Positions 47,301 through 58,950 of a stretch of DNA of 64,000 bases are shown here, in pieces. The stretch is from Chrysomallon squamiferum (Eukaryota > Animalia > Mollusca). A program made the translations under genes and the position numbers. Positions within the stretch are counted from its first letter, which is position 1; each line of letters opens with the position of its first letter. The notes under the pieces are model-generated. The model ran no database searches and had not been told where the DNA came from. It saw nothing but the letters and a program-made list of their open reading frames with translations. The stretch covers positions 7,378,001 through 7,442,000 of the forward strand of contig CM022671.1 in assembly GCA_012295275.1 (NCBI GenBank), given 5' to 3'.

Positions 47301-49068
47301 ATAGTATCTCTTGTTTTCGATTTGTTGGTAGTGGATATTAATGACGATTGCAATATTATTTCACCAAATTCTTTACAATTACACAAGTGAGTTTTGTTTA
47401 TGAAATTAGGACCAATATTTAGTGCAATTTGGCAGAGAAGTCTGCATTCCTAGACCACTGCAAGACGCCGTAAGGCATAACGCCGTACTGACGGTTTTCT
47501 CGCTTTAAAATGTATTTTTATGTCATTAAACGGAAGAATATCATGTTTTACATTCATATTTGGTTTTGTTATTTATTTTTTCAAAAAATGTTATACGATA
47601 AAATTAATTTTTGAAAAGCTGAAAGACAGCAATTATTTTAGATGCATCCCGTAGCAAAAAATAGTCAAAATGGCGACTCTTCAGCAACAGCTACAAAAGC
47701 ATTACCTATGTATAAGTCGACCCCAAAAATATTACCTTAATATAGTCTCCCAAAAATTCAACTTATACACAAGTATATACGGTATTTAGCCAAATCTTTC
47801 CAAAATCATAGTTAATTATATCCTCTGATTAATATAGAATTAAATTCCTTTTATGTCACAGGATGCAGTACATATTCAGCTGTAATAAATGCAATAAATG
47901 TTCATTATTGTTTAATTATAAAGAATTATATTTAAAGTGAGATGAGAAGTAATAGATTAAATATATTCTTACTTCCAAGTTATTATTAATTTCTTTTTTG
48001 ACATCCAGTCTTTATTAATAACAAAATATATCAGTAAAGGAGTACAGTTCAAAAATATCCTATGTTCTTTAGTAGTGACATTGTCTTGTTCAGGGAGAAT
48101 TGATTTGATCTCATTTTTTTTTTCTAGTGCTTTTGTCAAACTGCATCAAATCTGAATACTTACCTAATTATTTTTATTATTTATTTTTATTTTTTTTTAA
48201 TTTTAATTAATTTATTATTAACTTAAAATCATCATATTTTACTTTTTATGTGTTTTTTTAACCACTTTCCAGGATCAAAACGTTGTTAAAGAAGGTCAGA
48301 GATGATTTTGAGGATGTGTGTTTCCTGGAAACTGGCCAGGCATATTGTGAACCGACCTACATAAATATGCCATGGACGGATGTGATAGATGCTTGTATTA
48401 ACTACAGACTGATGTGTCTCAGTGTGTGTGACCCACTGGTCACAGATCAGGTGAAAAAACACAAATCTACTTTTTATTATTTTTAAAATTTTAAAATAAT
48501 AAAAAAAAAGGAAAAAAAAAGGGAAAAAATGAATATCACAACAATGAAACAATCTTTTTTTTTTTTTTTTTTTTTTTGTGGAAGATGTTTATTGTTAAAA
48601 TTTATTTATATAATAGTATTCTTTTGTAGGCACACAATACAGTTAAAATGTAAAATACAAAATTTCTTGGTAAAAGGTTTGTAGAAGAAAATTAATAATG
48701 CAGGAATATCATTCTCAGTTTTGATTTAAAAAAAGAAATGTGTAGGTGTGTGTGTAAAGAACTGACAAGAACAGTATTAAAGTCAGGATTAGATTTAAAA
48801 CAACTTTTTTTTCTCTGTTACCAGGAATTGTGTGTGTACTACAGAGATGAAGATTTGAGAGACTATGCTGTTCCTGCATCATGGGAAGAAGCAGCAATGT
48901 CTTCAGCAGAACAAGGTGTGTTTTCAACTACATTATTACAAACTGTTTCTCTTCTAAAATTATATAGCAGCAGTACCTTTTTTTATAGTAAATTTTTTTT
49001 CAAAAATCTGCTAAAATAAATATTCAAAACAGTTTACCTGGGTTTCTGGCATCCTGATGCTCACAAAA

Positions 49069-49108
<40 letters not shown>

Positions 49109-49446
49109 AATCCTATGCAGTTGTTGATTAAATTTCAGCATGGCTCATAAATTGATTTAGGAATCAAAATTATTTTCAGGCAGTTGTGTGAAGTGGCACT
49201 CTTGTCTGTGTTAGTAGCAAAAAAATATGGATTATAGTAGTAGATTTATTTTCTGTATTTAAATACTTTTTAATTTATGGTGATACATTATAAAGAGAGT
49301 AAAATAAAAAAAAAACCTACCTGTACTTTCAGATGAAGACATGTTAGAAAGCACATTTCACAAAGCTGCATACTCCAAATCAGTGACTTTGTCGATGATT
49401 GCTGAACCTTCACAGACTGAAACTCATCTGGCCTCAGAAGAATCCA

Positions 49447-49498
<52 letters not shown>

Positions 49499-49937
49499 CG
49501 ACGATGTGGATCGTGACAGAAAAGTTCATAAATATTCAGAACGCACCTTTGAGAACAGTGTGAACAGCACTTCAGCCTCGCAGTGTGAAGACGTCTGCAT
49601 GGAATCAGAGATGGAGAAGTCTGTCAGGTCAGAATGTGTGGCTCTTGCTCAGTCTGTGAGATCAGAGAGAAGAAAGACTGAGCAGTTCAGTCAGTATCTG
49701 CAGTCTGTGTTGAATCCAGAACACACTGACGTCATGTCATCATCATCCACTGTTGAACAGATGGAGGAGAAAGATGATGACGACGACGACGACGATGATG
49801 ATGATGATGATGATAACAAATACGTGTTGAATGAAACAGTGGCTGATAAGATGGATGATTTGGTTTACAGTGTGATGTCTGAAAAGAAGAAAAGTGAATT
49901 GTTTGAGAGAAGATTGAAAATGTTGATGCACACTTAG
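29358..49937 (+). CDS. MCM3AP: Germinal-centre associated nuclear protein GANP / MCM3AP (Sac3 family, TREX-2 mRNA export scaffold), about 1923 aa
   Basis: 27 phase-consistent exons: 29358-30264, 30683-30796 (or -30808), 31326-31531, 31914-32055, 32671-32853, 34195-34290, 34902-35038, 35441-35509, 35988-36137, 36560-36831, 37294-37513, 38127-38327, 39083-39185, 39562-39719, 40324-40481, 40826-40981, 41497-41632, 42162-42585, 43240-43376, 43687-43875, 44403-44654, 45300-45461, 45832-45958, 46686-46884, 48273-48450, 48825-48915, 49333-49937. N-terminal FG repeats; RRM-like segment ([11 protein letters not shown]...AIIHF); Sac3 motifs ([67 protein letters not shown]); CID-like [13 protein letters not shown]; MCM3AP-domain motifs ([23 protein letters not shown]). 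Confidence 0.95.
33362..34074. mobile_element. Possible degenerate hAT-like non-autonomous DNA transposon in GANP intron 5
   Basis: 5' CAGGGCTTAACCTT versus interrupted 3' AAGGTTA...AGCCTG; subterminal GGGCT(A/G)CCA motifs; imperfect 8-bp flanks ATAATAAT / ATAATCAA. Confidence 0.4.
36291..36570 (+). repeat. Degenerate ~40-bp tandem repeat that reiterates the GANP exon-10 acceptor region
   Basis: Units ...ctaaatt...tatttg(c/t)(a)ag|(g)aaa(t)catcc resemble the true junction tgtgtag|gaaatcactc at 36559. Confidence 0.6.
38441..38695 (+). mobile_element. Degenerate tRNA-derived SINE-like element
   Basis: Decayed tRNA-like head (gggacataattcattgtagag), body ctccacaactgg...gtggtatgtactgtcc...cccttgctgcta, tail ttgaataaaatatttctttccttc. 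The tail is shared with the copy at 2570-2768 and, inverted, near 50875. Resemblance to gastropod SINEs is from memory. Confidence 0.6.
45930..46231 (+). repeat. 44-bp minisatellite spanning the GANP exon-23 donor (7 donor copies)
   Basis: Unit gtgagttaagaatagaatctgtgtgtggacatgcagtaataatg; AATG|GTGAGT at 45959, 46003, 46047, 46091, 46135, 46179, 46223. Confidence 0.95.
47042..47782. mobile_element. Non-autonomous Tc1/mariner-superfamily (Tc2/pogo-like) MITE in GANP intron 24
   Basis: TA|CCGTATATAC...GTATATACGG|TA terminal inverted repeats with a TA target duplication; internal TATGTATAAGTCGAC repeats (about 47119 and 47708); no transposase ORF; retains more CpG than the host intron. Confidence 0.8.
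49449..49813 (+). repeat. Two coding (GAT/GAC)n tracts giving poly-Asp runs in the last GANP exon
   Basis: About 49449-49505 and 49773-49813, both in frame. Confidence 0.92.
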
Positions 49938-50386
49938 TGCTTGTGTTTGTGTTGTTACATAACGTTTGTCCATTTTTCAAATTCCAGCTGTTGTTTTGAC
50001 ATGTATTTATATGTGAAAAAATAAAATAAAATTTTTCAACTTAATTTACTGAAAAGATGAAAAAAAAGTGAACAGTTTGATAAATATTTAGTGATATGCT
50101 TGTTAATGAAATAACTTTTGTCTGCACTTTTCAAATATTTATACATTTACAGAAAATGTTAAATAAACTTTGCAAATACGCACATTTTGTTTTTATAATC
50201 AAGTGATGTAAATTGTTTGATAAACACTTAACCATTTGCTTCGTTATAATATAACTTTTGTTACATTTTCAGATTCCAGTTATTGTTAAATATTTATATA
50301 TTACTTACAGTGAAAATAAAAGAGATTTCTTCAAATAACTACATTTTGATTTAACAGCCAAGTAACATACTTAGATACCCAGAATG

Positions 50387-50417
<31 letters not shown>

Positions 50418-52358
50418 CACTTGGCATACTTGTATAAATCACCTTCATTGTCTTCGTTTTCATTAATCATTTGTGTATGGGCTGATGTCACATATAGAAA
50501 AGTATATTTTTATGTATTGAGAATAATTTTGTAGATATCTGAATAGCTGAAAATGCCTCAAAAAGAGGAGCATATTTTCACCTGGCTGTTATAAGATTAA
50601 TATTATTCTTTAAACTTTATTTCTTCTTAATCTTAATCACATTGAAAATAGTTTTGGCAATTAAACAAGAAACAAAATTTTACATTATGTATTTTATACA
50701 TCATTTAAATACACTGCAGGCTTGAAGACAATCTGCAAGTGAGAGTAAAATATTTTTTAAATTGTTTTATTTAGTCGATAAATTACGAGATAAATTTAGT
50801 GAATTTATTTATGCTGCTGTTACTTTTTAATACGTTACATATTATCGCGATACATTTTAATTTTGAGTATTAAGAAGGAAGGAAATATTTTATTCATTGA
50901 GATCTAGCTAAAAGTGATTCCTTGAAAGATAATCGATCCAACAATCTACCACTAAGCCGCGTCCTGCTCCGGTTTCGGGGTTCATCAAATGTTTTATTTT
51001 TAACAGTTTTATGGAAGAAACTGAAAACAATACAAAATCCAGTAAATGATGAGAGAAATAATGTTGCGTATGTATATATTACAATTAAATATTTTTCATT
51101 TTCGAGCATCAGTTGGAACGGGAAATAAAGACAATGAGATTTCAGAGGGTCGAGGAAGATACAGAGAACGTTAGTGATGTTTGGAGATAAATTCAGAAAT
51201 CGGCAATTAGACAAATTTATTTTAAAATCAGACATTTTACAAAGCAGACGTCATTTATTATTACCAGTACCAAAACAAATAATTAGTAAAAACAAAAAAA
51301 TCTGATATGTAGGTATGGACACGAAACTCGTATGGCGGTGACAGTCGCCAGTATATTTAATGATTTCAGAATTTTTTTCATTATTTTTTAAATTTATATA
51401 TTATATTCGATAAACATTCGTTCATTTATTTATATGTCAAATAATACTTTTTGACGAAGAAATATATATGCAATTTTTACTATAGGATAATCCAAATACA
51501 AATTAAATTAAATTACCATAATAGGATTACAAGACGAAGATATCGTGCAATATTTTCAATGCGGTTTTGATTTTTAATTAAACTGCATTTGCTGTAGACC
51601 TTAATTATGAACTTACAATGATAAATTATTTGCAGTAAATCGTCTGAAATAAAAGTCCAAATGCAAATTAAACTGGGATAGCTTTTGACTATATTTACAA
51701 GATAAGCTATCGTGCAATATATCGCAATGCGGTTTTGACAATCTATCATTTTTAACTAAAAAAAACAAATGCAAATTAAATTATAATGTTAGTTATATGC
51801 TATATTTACAAGGTAAGGTTGTGTCTGCTAATATATTGCAATGAGGCTTTGACTAATTTGTCAAATATCTGGCGCCATATTACAGTTAGTAAATATTTTA
51901 GAAGATCGCTGAATACTGATCAGATTAGTATTATTAATTTTATTAGATAAAATATTTATATTTGTATCTCATTTATTTATTTCATATCATCTCGATTGTT
52001 ATTTATATATTAATCATTATTATTATTATTTTTTTTTTTTTTCTAATGGAAAAGGCACACCCTTCCGTCCCCCACCGCTGAAACCCTTGGATACAAAAAT
52101 AACCCTGTCATCTGCACCTGTGTCTCGGTTCCAGAATAATTTATTTTATTTTTAAATCATCAGTTTGCATATTGCACTGTACCAGTATGCTGTGCCCTAT
52201 ATTCGTCTTCTCTGTCATCACAGCTATTTTTACAGGTAAGATATTTTACAACATTTTTTACAATGATAATAAAAATAATGAATGGGGATATTTAGTGTAT
52301 TTGTACATAAATTGTGTTCCATCTCTTACCAGAATGTTTTGTTTATTTATTTATTTTA

Positions 52359-52394
<36 letters not shown>

Positions 52395-52481
52395 TTTTTT
52401 TTTTTGTGTATTTTAAAATTACTCTTTTTATTTGTTATTTTAAAAATATATATTTCTTTATTATTTTTTTTATTTATTTAT

Positions 52482-52532
<51 letters not shown>

Positions 52533-53366
52533 TTCGTCTTGTTTTATGTTTTTTTAAATTTGATGTTATGATTATAATCAGGTCAGGTAAAATTTGTTAC
52601 ATCCTCTGTAGCTATTTGGCACATATGTTGACTCTGTTTAACAAGGCAGAGAGGTTGATTTGCCTGACACTTTACCCAGTTAATAAAAACCAAAACAGCA
52701 TCAATTTCATCTTGTTTTGCCCAAATTCCCTTCCCCCTCTCTCCGTTCTGCCCGAATAGGGATGCTGTCTTCTATACAATTTGCATCTCGTGGTAAAAAT
52801 TTACCTGAGCTATTAAAAATCTTAGTAAGAATTTCACTTTTCCAAATAAATGGACCCGACAGAGACACATAGACACGGTGGCTAAATCAAAATGCGTCAT
52901 TAATTAATAATAATTCGACTTCATATGACCTAATTAGTAGATATAGTACAAATGTGGCCACATGACATTTGTATCAAGAATTCTATCCTAGGCTTGGTAC
53001 ATTAAACATATATTATTTACAGTCTATGTCCTGCGTATCGTGTTTTGTACGATTTCACCTTTATTCACTTGTGAAGTAAAGTTCACCTTTATTCGCCTGT
53101 GAAGTAATGTTCCTTCAGTGCTAATCATCTTCTGTTTTGAGCTAACCTAATCTGGAAGTTACGTTCCTTGTGAAAGTTTAACCCTGTCCTTTGTGGCCGC
53201 GACTCTAAATTCGAATCACAAAGAAATAAAACGAGGAAAGAAAATGTAAGCCTTTTCGTTAATCACAAAGATAAAACGGGCAAGACTTTTATATCATCTA
53301 ATTAGCGAATCAATCTGCCTTCATTTTAAGTTGGAACTTTTCTAAAAATATATAAGATGAAAGGTT

Positions 53367-53398
<32 letters not shown>

Positions 53399-53438
53399 TA
53401 TCATCATCATCATCATCATCATTATTATTATTATTATT
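53367..53438. repeat. (CAT)n/(TAT)n microsatellite
   Basis: Trinucleotide run. Confidence 0.9.
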
Positions 53439-54882
53439 TAATACATTTATTAATCATTAATTGTGGTGTAGAAATTATTATCTTAATGTTTTAACAAATA
53501 TTCTAAACCACATGTAAAATGGGCAATAGAAAAGTTATTTTATATTCGTTATAAAATGCCACGTTGCTTTACTGTTAGTTTTTATTCATGCTACAGTCTT
53601 TCAGCATATTTAAATAACGCTTGTTAATATAATACGACAGGCAGGCATCAAATAACCTCTAGAGAATTACACATTACATCCAACTGTGTGCAAAAATACA
53701 ATATTCATTAACGTGCCATGGAAATAACATTTTATTAATTACGTTTTATTTTTCTTTGTTTATTTTTATTACAAGTTTTATTTGTGCGATTTTACATCAC
53801 TGGTGTTCAGACCATTCGTACGCTGCCATATTTAAGAGAAATATCTGGCTGATACCTTCAAACACGTCCACAGAGAATGCATAATCAGATGGAATATATT
53901 TAAATAAGCAGTCTAATATTTTAATATTAATGGTTAGCAGATGTCAGCAACATTTTTTATTTTTTTTTATTTTTTTTTTTAATTACGATGAAAAAAAAAC
54001 CGTCATTTTGAAGCCCGTAGATTTTTATTTTTTTTTTATTTTTTTTATTTTTTTTAAAAGAAAAACGTCTGTTTGATGCCCGTAGTTTTTTGTTGTTTTT
54101 GTTGTTCTTGTTGTCATCTGTTTGATGACTACGCGTGTCGAATGGGATCAGAACATTTTTGGAATCCATATTTACATAAAGAAAAATATCTACTATTGTT
54201 TTTTATATACCAATAGAAATATATAAATAAATAATACTTCTGAACGGAACGGGGAAAAAGCTGCTTGCCAGTCATTTTCCTTATTATTCATAAATATCTG
54301 TACTCTGAACAAAATGAAAACACAGCTATTAGACCATGCATCTTTCGGCAGGAACATGCAAACTTCAGATTTATGAGTATCTCCGAACTGTCATTATGAC
54401 AAGAAATTCTGTATACAAAATTTGTTGATTCTATTATATTTGATCTTACACTGTTTAATTAAATTATAAACAATTAAAATGAAACATGGTTTAAACAATT
54501 CGTCATTTTTTTTATTTACAAAAATACATATTCATACACACAGTACATAGCATCGTCTTCTGTATCTGGAGTAATGTGTGTACAATAATACTGGAATAAA
54601 TATTTTTATTTTATTAGTTTCGTTAAGTAACACATTTTATATATATAGATAAAGAAAAGAAAAACCACTCGGTAATATAAAATATAATTACTAATATAAC
54701 GAAAATATCTGGAAACAAGTAAGAAAATAGTATTACACAAATAACTTTCCTATTATAATTAATATAAAAAGCGTATCTTGTTAGTTTGATTCTTTAAATG
54801 TATAAAAATCAGTTCATACATCAGTGGCATTAATATATTTCTTAGTTATATTGTTGTTTTTTTGAAATCCTGATCAGCAGAT

Positions 54883-55671
54883 TCAAGATGAATTCAGTTT
54901 CACTGGGAAATTAAACGGCACAAAATGTTTCTTCTTCGCTGGTTTTGGTCTCGGCTGGTTCATTGTTTCGCTCTTTGCTACCACGTAATTCCTTATCTCT
55001 TCGAAGTCGATGAACTGAACTTTGGGTATGTGAACAGACGTGGAACTGCGGGTCCGGTTATTCACAGTAGCGACAGTGCTGCCACTCATAGCCCCAGGTC
55101 TGGGACGAGAAGGATAGTATCTCGTGTTCAGAGTCATTTCAGACATATTATAAGTCGACACTCTGCTGGGATCTGGCAGATAATCCGAATTTTGTAGAAA
55201 GACGTTACCTTTGAACAGAAAGACGGCTCGGTTCATGGGTAACACGGTATTTTCTGGAGCCACTTTCTTCAGCAGTCGCTCGTATCCCGTAACAGTTGTC
55301 GATCTCTTCATTGAGAGAGGTGGCAATTTGTACGACTCCGTAACAGAAACACATGCTGACCTACACTGCGGCTTTGAGCTTAGCCTAGACAAACTTAAAC
55401 GTTCTGAGCGTTCACTTTTAGAAACTTCTTTTGGAAGTGGTTTTGTTTCAGTCACTTGTTTAGTCGCGGGTTTTACTGGAACGACTGCTGCTGTTTCTGA
55501 TTCTGGTGATGGTTCCTGGCTGTTCTCCTTTGCCGTGTTGTCAACGCGGTCGGGTTGGCGTGGACTTCGCGCCCACTGATTGTAGTAGTCGTAGTCCACT
55601 GGCGTGAAACTTACCATCATTTGTCGTTTCGACGCCGAGTTCAACGTCTGTGGCAATTTTGATAAATTCAT
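54883..55671 (-). CDS. Uncharacterised single-exon protein, 262 aa, Ser/Thr/Pro/Lys/Arg-rich, likely largely disordered
   Basis: ATG-initiated 789-nt ORF in very AT-rich DNA. GC rises sharply at the ORF edges, and the sequence is non-repetitive. AATAAA-type signals lie downstream on the - strand (about 54510-54615). No family recognised. Confidence 0.8.
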   Translation of the reverse strand: MNLSKLPQTLNSASKRQMMVSFTPVDYDYYNQWARSPRQPDRVDNTAKENSQEPSPESETAAVVPVKPATKQVTETKPLPKEVSKSERSERLSLSRLSSKPQCRSACVSVTESYKLPPLSMKRSTTVTGYERLLKKVAPENTVLPMNRAVFLFKGNVFLQNSDYLPDPSRVSTYNMSEMTLNTRYYPSRPRPGAMSGSTVATVNNRTRSSTSVHIPKVQFIDFEEIRNYVVAKSETMNQPRPKPAKKKHFVPFNFPVKLNSS

Positions 55672-56004
55672 AATTCTTTGAAATAATATAGTTTTCAGAA
55701 ATATAATTTAAAATGTTTTATAATCTATGTTAACATAAAATCCTCGTTAAAAACGGTTTTGGGGCGACAACGATAAACGAAAGTACAGGTCTATCGAAAC
55801 AAAATCCAATCAAACGAAATACATAACAAGACCGTGTCAAAATTGTTCAAGAGTCTAAAACAGACGTGTTTATCCATTTCCTTTAACCCCAGTAAAACAT
55901 ACGAAGAAATGATTCCATAACACAGTTTTTTCTTTAAGTCTTTTCATCCGTTCGAATGGCAGCTCAACTGGTATGGGTGTCAGGACAAAACATCAGTTGA
56001 ACGC

Positions 56005-56040
56005 TGTTGTTTATTTACAAGGTGAGATGCTATGGTAATC
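56005..56040 (-). promoter_or_regulatory. Adjacent forkhead-like (TGTTTAT) and RFX X-box-like (GATGCTATGGTAAT) motifs upstream of the 262-aa gene
   Basis: Resemble the FOX TRTTTA(C/T) and X-box GTTRCYATRGYAAC consensus sequences, about 350 bp upstream of the ATG in a CpG-rich region. Matches are imperfect. Confidence 0.3.
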
Positions 56041-58181
56041 AAGTGTCTGTGATCCGTCCCAAATAAATTAATTTTAGCACATCACATCGATGTTCACACC
56101 ACCCCAAAGTATTAATTATCGATATCGAGCCTCGGTGAACACGATGTCACGCGAATTAATTAAGATGCAGTCATGTAAAATTCATACGGCGACCGATACT
56201 TTCACCTTCTTCGAAGTTCGGGTAGCTGCAAGTTGGTTGTTTCCATAGTTTCTCCATCGTCAGAAGCTGTACCTGATTTGGTTCAGTTAAATCTAAATCT
56301 GAAAGCTCCATTAAATATACATGTTTGCTGTATAACAAATAAATAAAGGTCAGTTCTAAAAACATGCAACATCAGTCGCGTTCGGAACAAACAAAATGAT
56401 AGGTCTCTCAGGGTAATTAAAACGATTTCTTACAAAACAGATGCATTTGCAAACATGCAATGACAACGTATAAACAAGTGATTTGTTCCTGGCATAATTC
56501 TCAACATGTGTTGGTTAAGTTGAAAGAGACCTACGAGTAGAACTATGCTCTAAGATCACCGGAAACGCGTAATCATAACGTAACAGTTTAGAGGTCCACA
56601 CGAACATTGACAGTAATAGATAACGTCCTATTGTAACTCCGATTTTCAAAGCGTCGACAGAAAGCAGAATGAATGATTATTACAGATCTATATTGATTTA
56701 AAATTTAAAAAAAAAAAAAAAAAACATCTAATCATTAATCACAACTTGGCTTACTGCATGTCTCATAATGTTGATTTAATCATAATCCATATCGATTATG
56801 TATACTACTATGAAAAAGTTAATCAATATCCCTAGGTACACCAAATACACATATACTATTATTACCCATATTTCTATATACCCAGACTTAAAATGCACCA
56901 CGCGCACACATGCACAAATAATTTAATACACTATGTATTATACATGATTATAGGCGTATGGGGACTCTTAGATTAACGAAAGGCAGAGGGATTCATTTTC
57001 ACGAAATTTTACACAGGTAAAAACAAATACCAGTTGTTTCTTGCTTTTACCAATCTATTGTCTCCTACTTTGGAAGGCAGCTAAATTCCTTCTCAGAGTT
57101 GTAAACCCCCCCACACACACACACTGTACAGTTTATAAATGAATTTTCATTTCATTAATGGTTTCATCAATTTCACAAGGTTTTTTTTTTTTTTTTTTTT
57201 TTTTTTCCAAGGAAATTGAATAAACAACTTTCATTATAAGAAAAAATAAAAATCGGTAAGCTTTTTTTATTTTTTTTTTTTTTAATTTTTTTGCTTAAAA
57301 ATAATTAAATATATATTATATACAATGGGTGTACGATTCCTAACGTGTCGGGTGTTATAATTAGTAGTAGTAGGTACCCAGCAGACATACTTTATTTGAA
57401 CACTATATATTTTAGCTCGAGCACACGGGTCAGTGACAATCATTTTTATCTTGATAGATCGCACGCAAACTAACTGATATTACAGCAAGTTTTCAGTATT
57501 ACGCTGTAGTCGACTGTGCGTGAGACGGTTTGCTTGTATCAGTTTCAGTTCTTAATAAAACAACTATGAGATTAATGCACACAACTAAGTGCTCACCTCT
57601 TGACACATACATGTGCATTTATATTTGTTATGTGCAGTATTAAATAAAAAATTAATTCTAAACGGGTCCGCGGAGACTACTGCGCTGAATGCATAAATAA
57701 TACAGGAGAGTGCACAGGCCACCGAAGTACAGTCGATGATAATTTATAAATGTCAGGAGAAAAACGTTTGTTAAACATGACTTCGCTAATATTAAAATGT
57801 AGACTTGATTATATTCAGTTGTTCAGTATCGGTAATATTTTGTGGCCATTTGTTGTTGTTTTTACGAAATTTAGTGAGTTTTTTGAGGGGTTGGTAAACC
57901 AGAGTAATTACCAGTGTGAAATGCACAATGTAATAAAATGCGGAGCTTATTATTATTTTTTTTTGTGTGGGTGTGTTTATTTATTTATTTTATAGACGTT
58001 CATTTTACTATTTTATCAAAAATTAAAAATCAATTTAAGAACGATTAACTACTGCACAACTAAAAAAGTATTAAACGAATCATTTGAGGGTTGAATTATC
58101 TTTTGTTCAAGGGAGGTAATTCTGTTTAATTTGTTAAAATCATGAACAGGAAACGGACACATAAACTTTCTTAGGTGATGT

Positions 58182-58182
58182 A

Positions 58183-58233
<51 letters not shown>
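58182..58233. repeat. (AAT)n microsatellite
   Basis: Trinucleotide run. Confidence 0.92.
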
Positions 58234-58234
<1 letters not shown>

Positions 58235-58950
58235 GTAAAGTAAATAAATAAATAAAATAAAACTTGGCAACTAACAATAAAAGTAATTTTAGCTTTCATT
58301 ATGGATTCGCTTAATAAGGAAATGTGTTATTGCGTTTTTTGATAGCTGTTAAGATATTCTGCAAGTCTAGAGCTTTTGACTAGTGCTGCACAGAACTCTT
58401 TGTTGAATGTGACACTGTGTCAAGCATATCTGAACAGTTCATGTAAACATTCTGAAAAGTTTCCGTAATATTACTCGGTGCCATTAACAATCAATTGGAG
58501 ATGGAGTGCATTCAGATGAACTCCAAAATTATGAGTATAATTCAATTTTTTTTTTTTTAATATCTGTTGTTATGGTTACTGCAGACTGGAGCACTTTACA
58601 AAGATAAACAATTTTGCTGAAAGAACGGTTGACACGAGCACCTATTTATTAGCGTTCCTGATGTATTTAAACAACACAATGTACAAATCATTCTCTCGAT
58701 CGATAAGAGTTATCCCCCTTATTTCTTACTATTAATAGAACGTTACAGTTATGCTTCGTAAAATGGTCCCCGTTCGCCGAGACGTAAATGAAATTATATT
58801 CGGTATAAACGAGTAAGGAAAACATTACCAGACAATAAGAAAAAGAAATAGTTACGTGAATAAAGGTTTGTGATAAAGACATGAAAGAGATTGATAACGA
58901 AAAAAAAAAAAAAAAATCAATAAAAGAAATCTTAAAAAAAAAAAAAAAAA

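Noticed and set aside
50894-51235. 113-aa - strand ORF downstream of GANP
   Set aside because: No recognisable motif or splice partner; lies beside an inverted SINE-like tail.
52170-52195. miR-92-like sequence tattgcactgtaccag
   Set aside because: Only the seed matches; no complementary arm for a precursor hairpin.
54925-55579. + strand ORFs overlapping the 262-aa gene, and other antisense or alternative-frame ORFs over exons (739-1056, 29488, 29815, 42144)
   Set aside because: Shadow ORFs of GC-richer coding exons.
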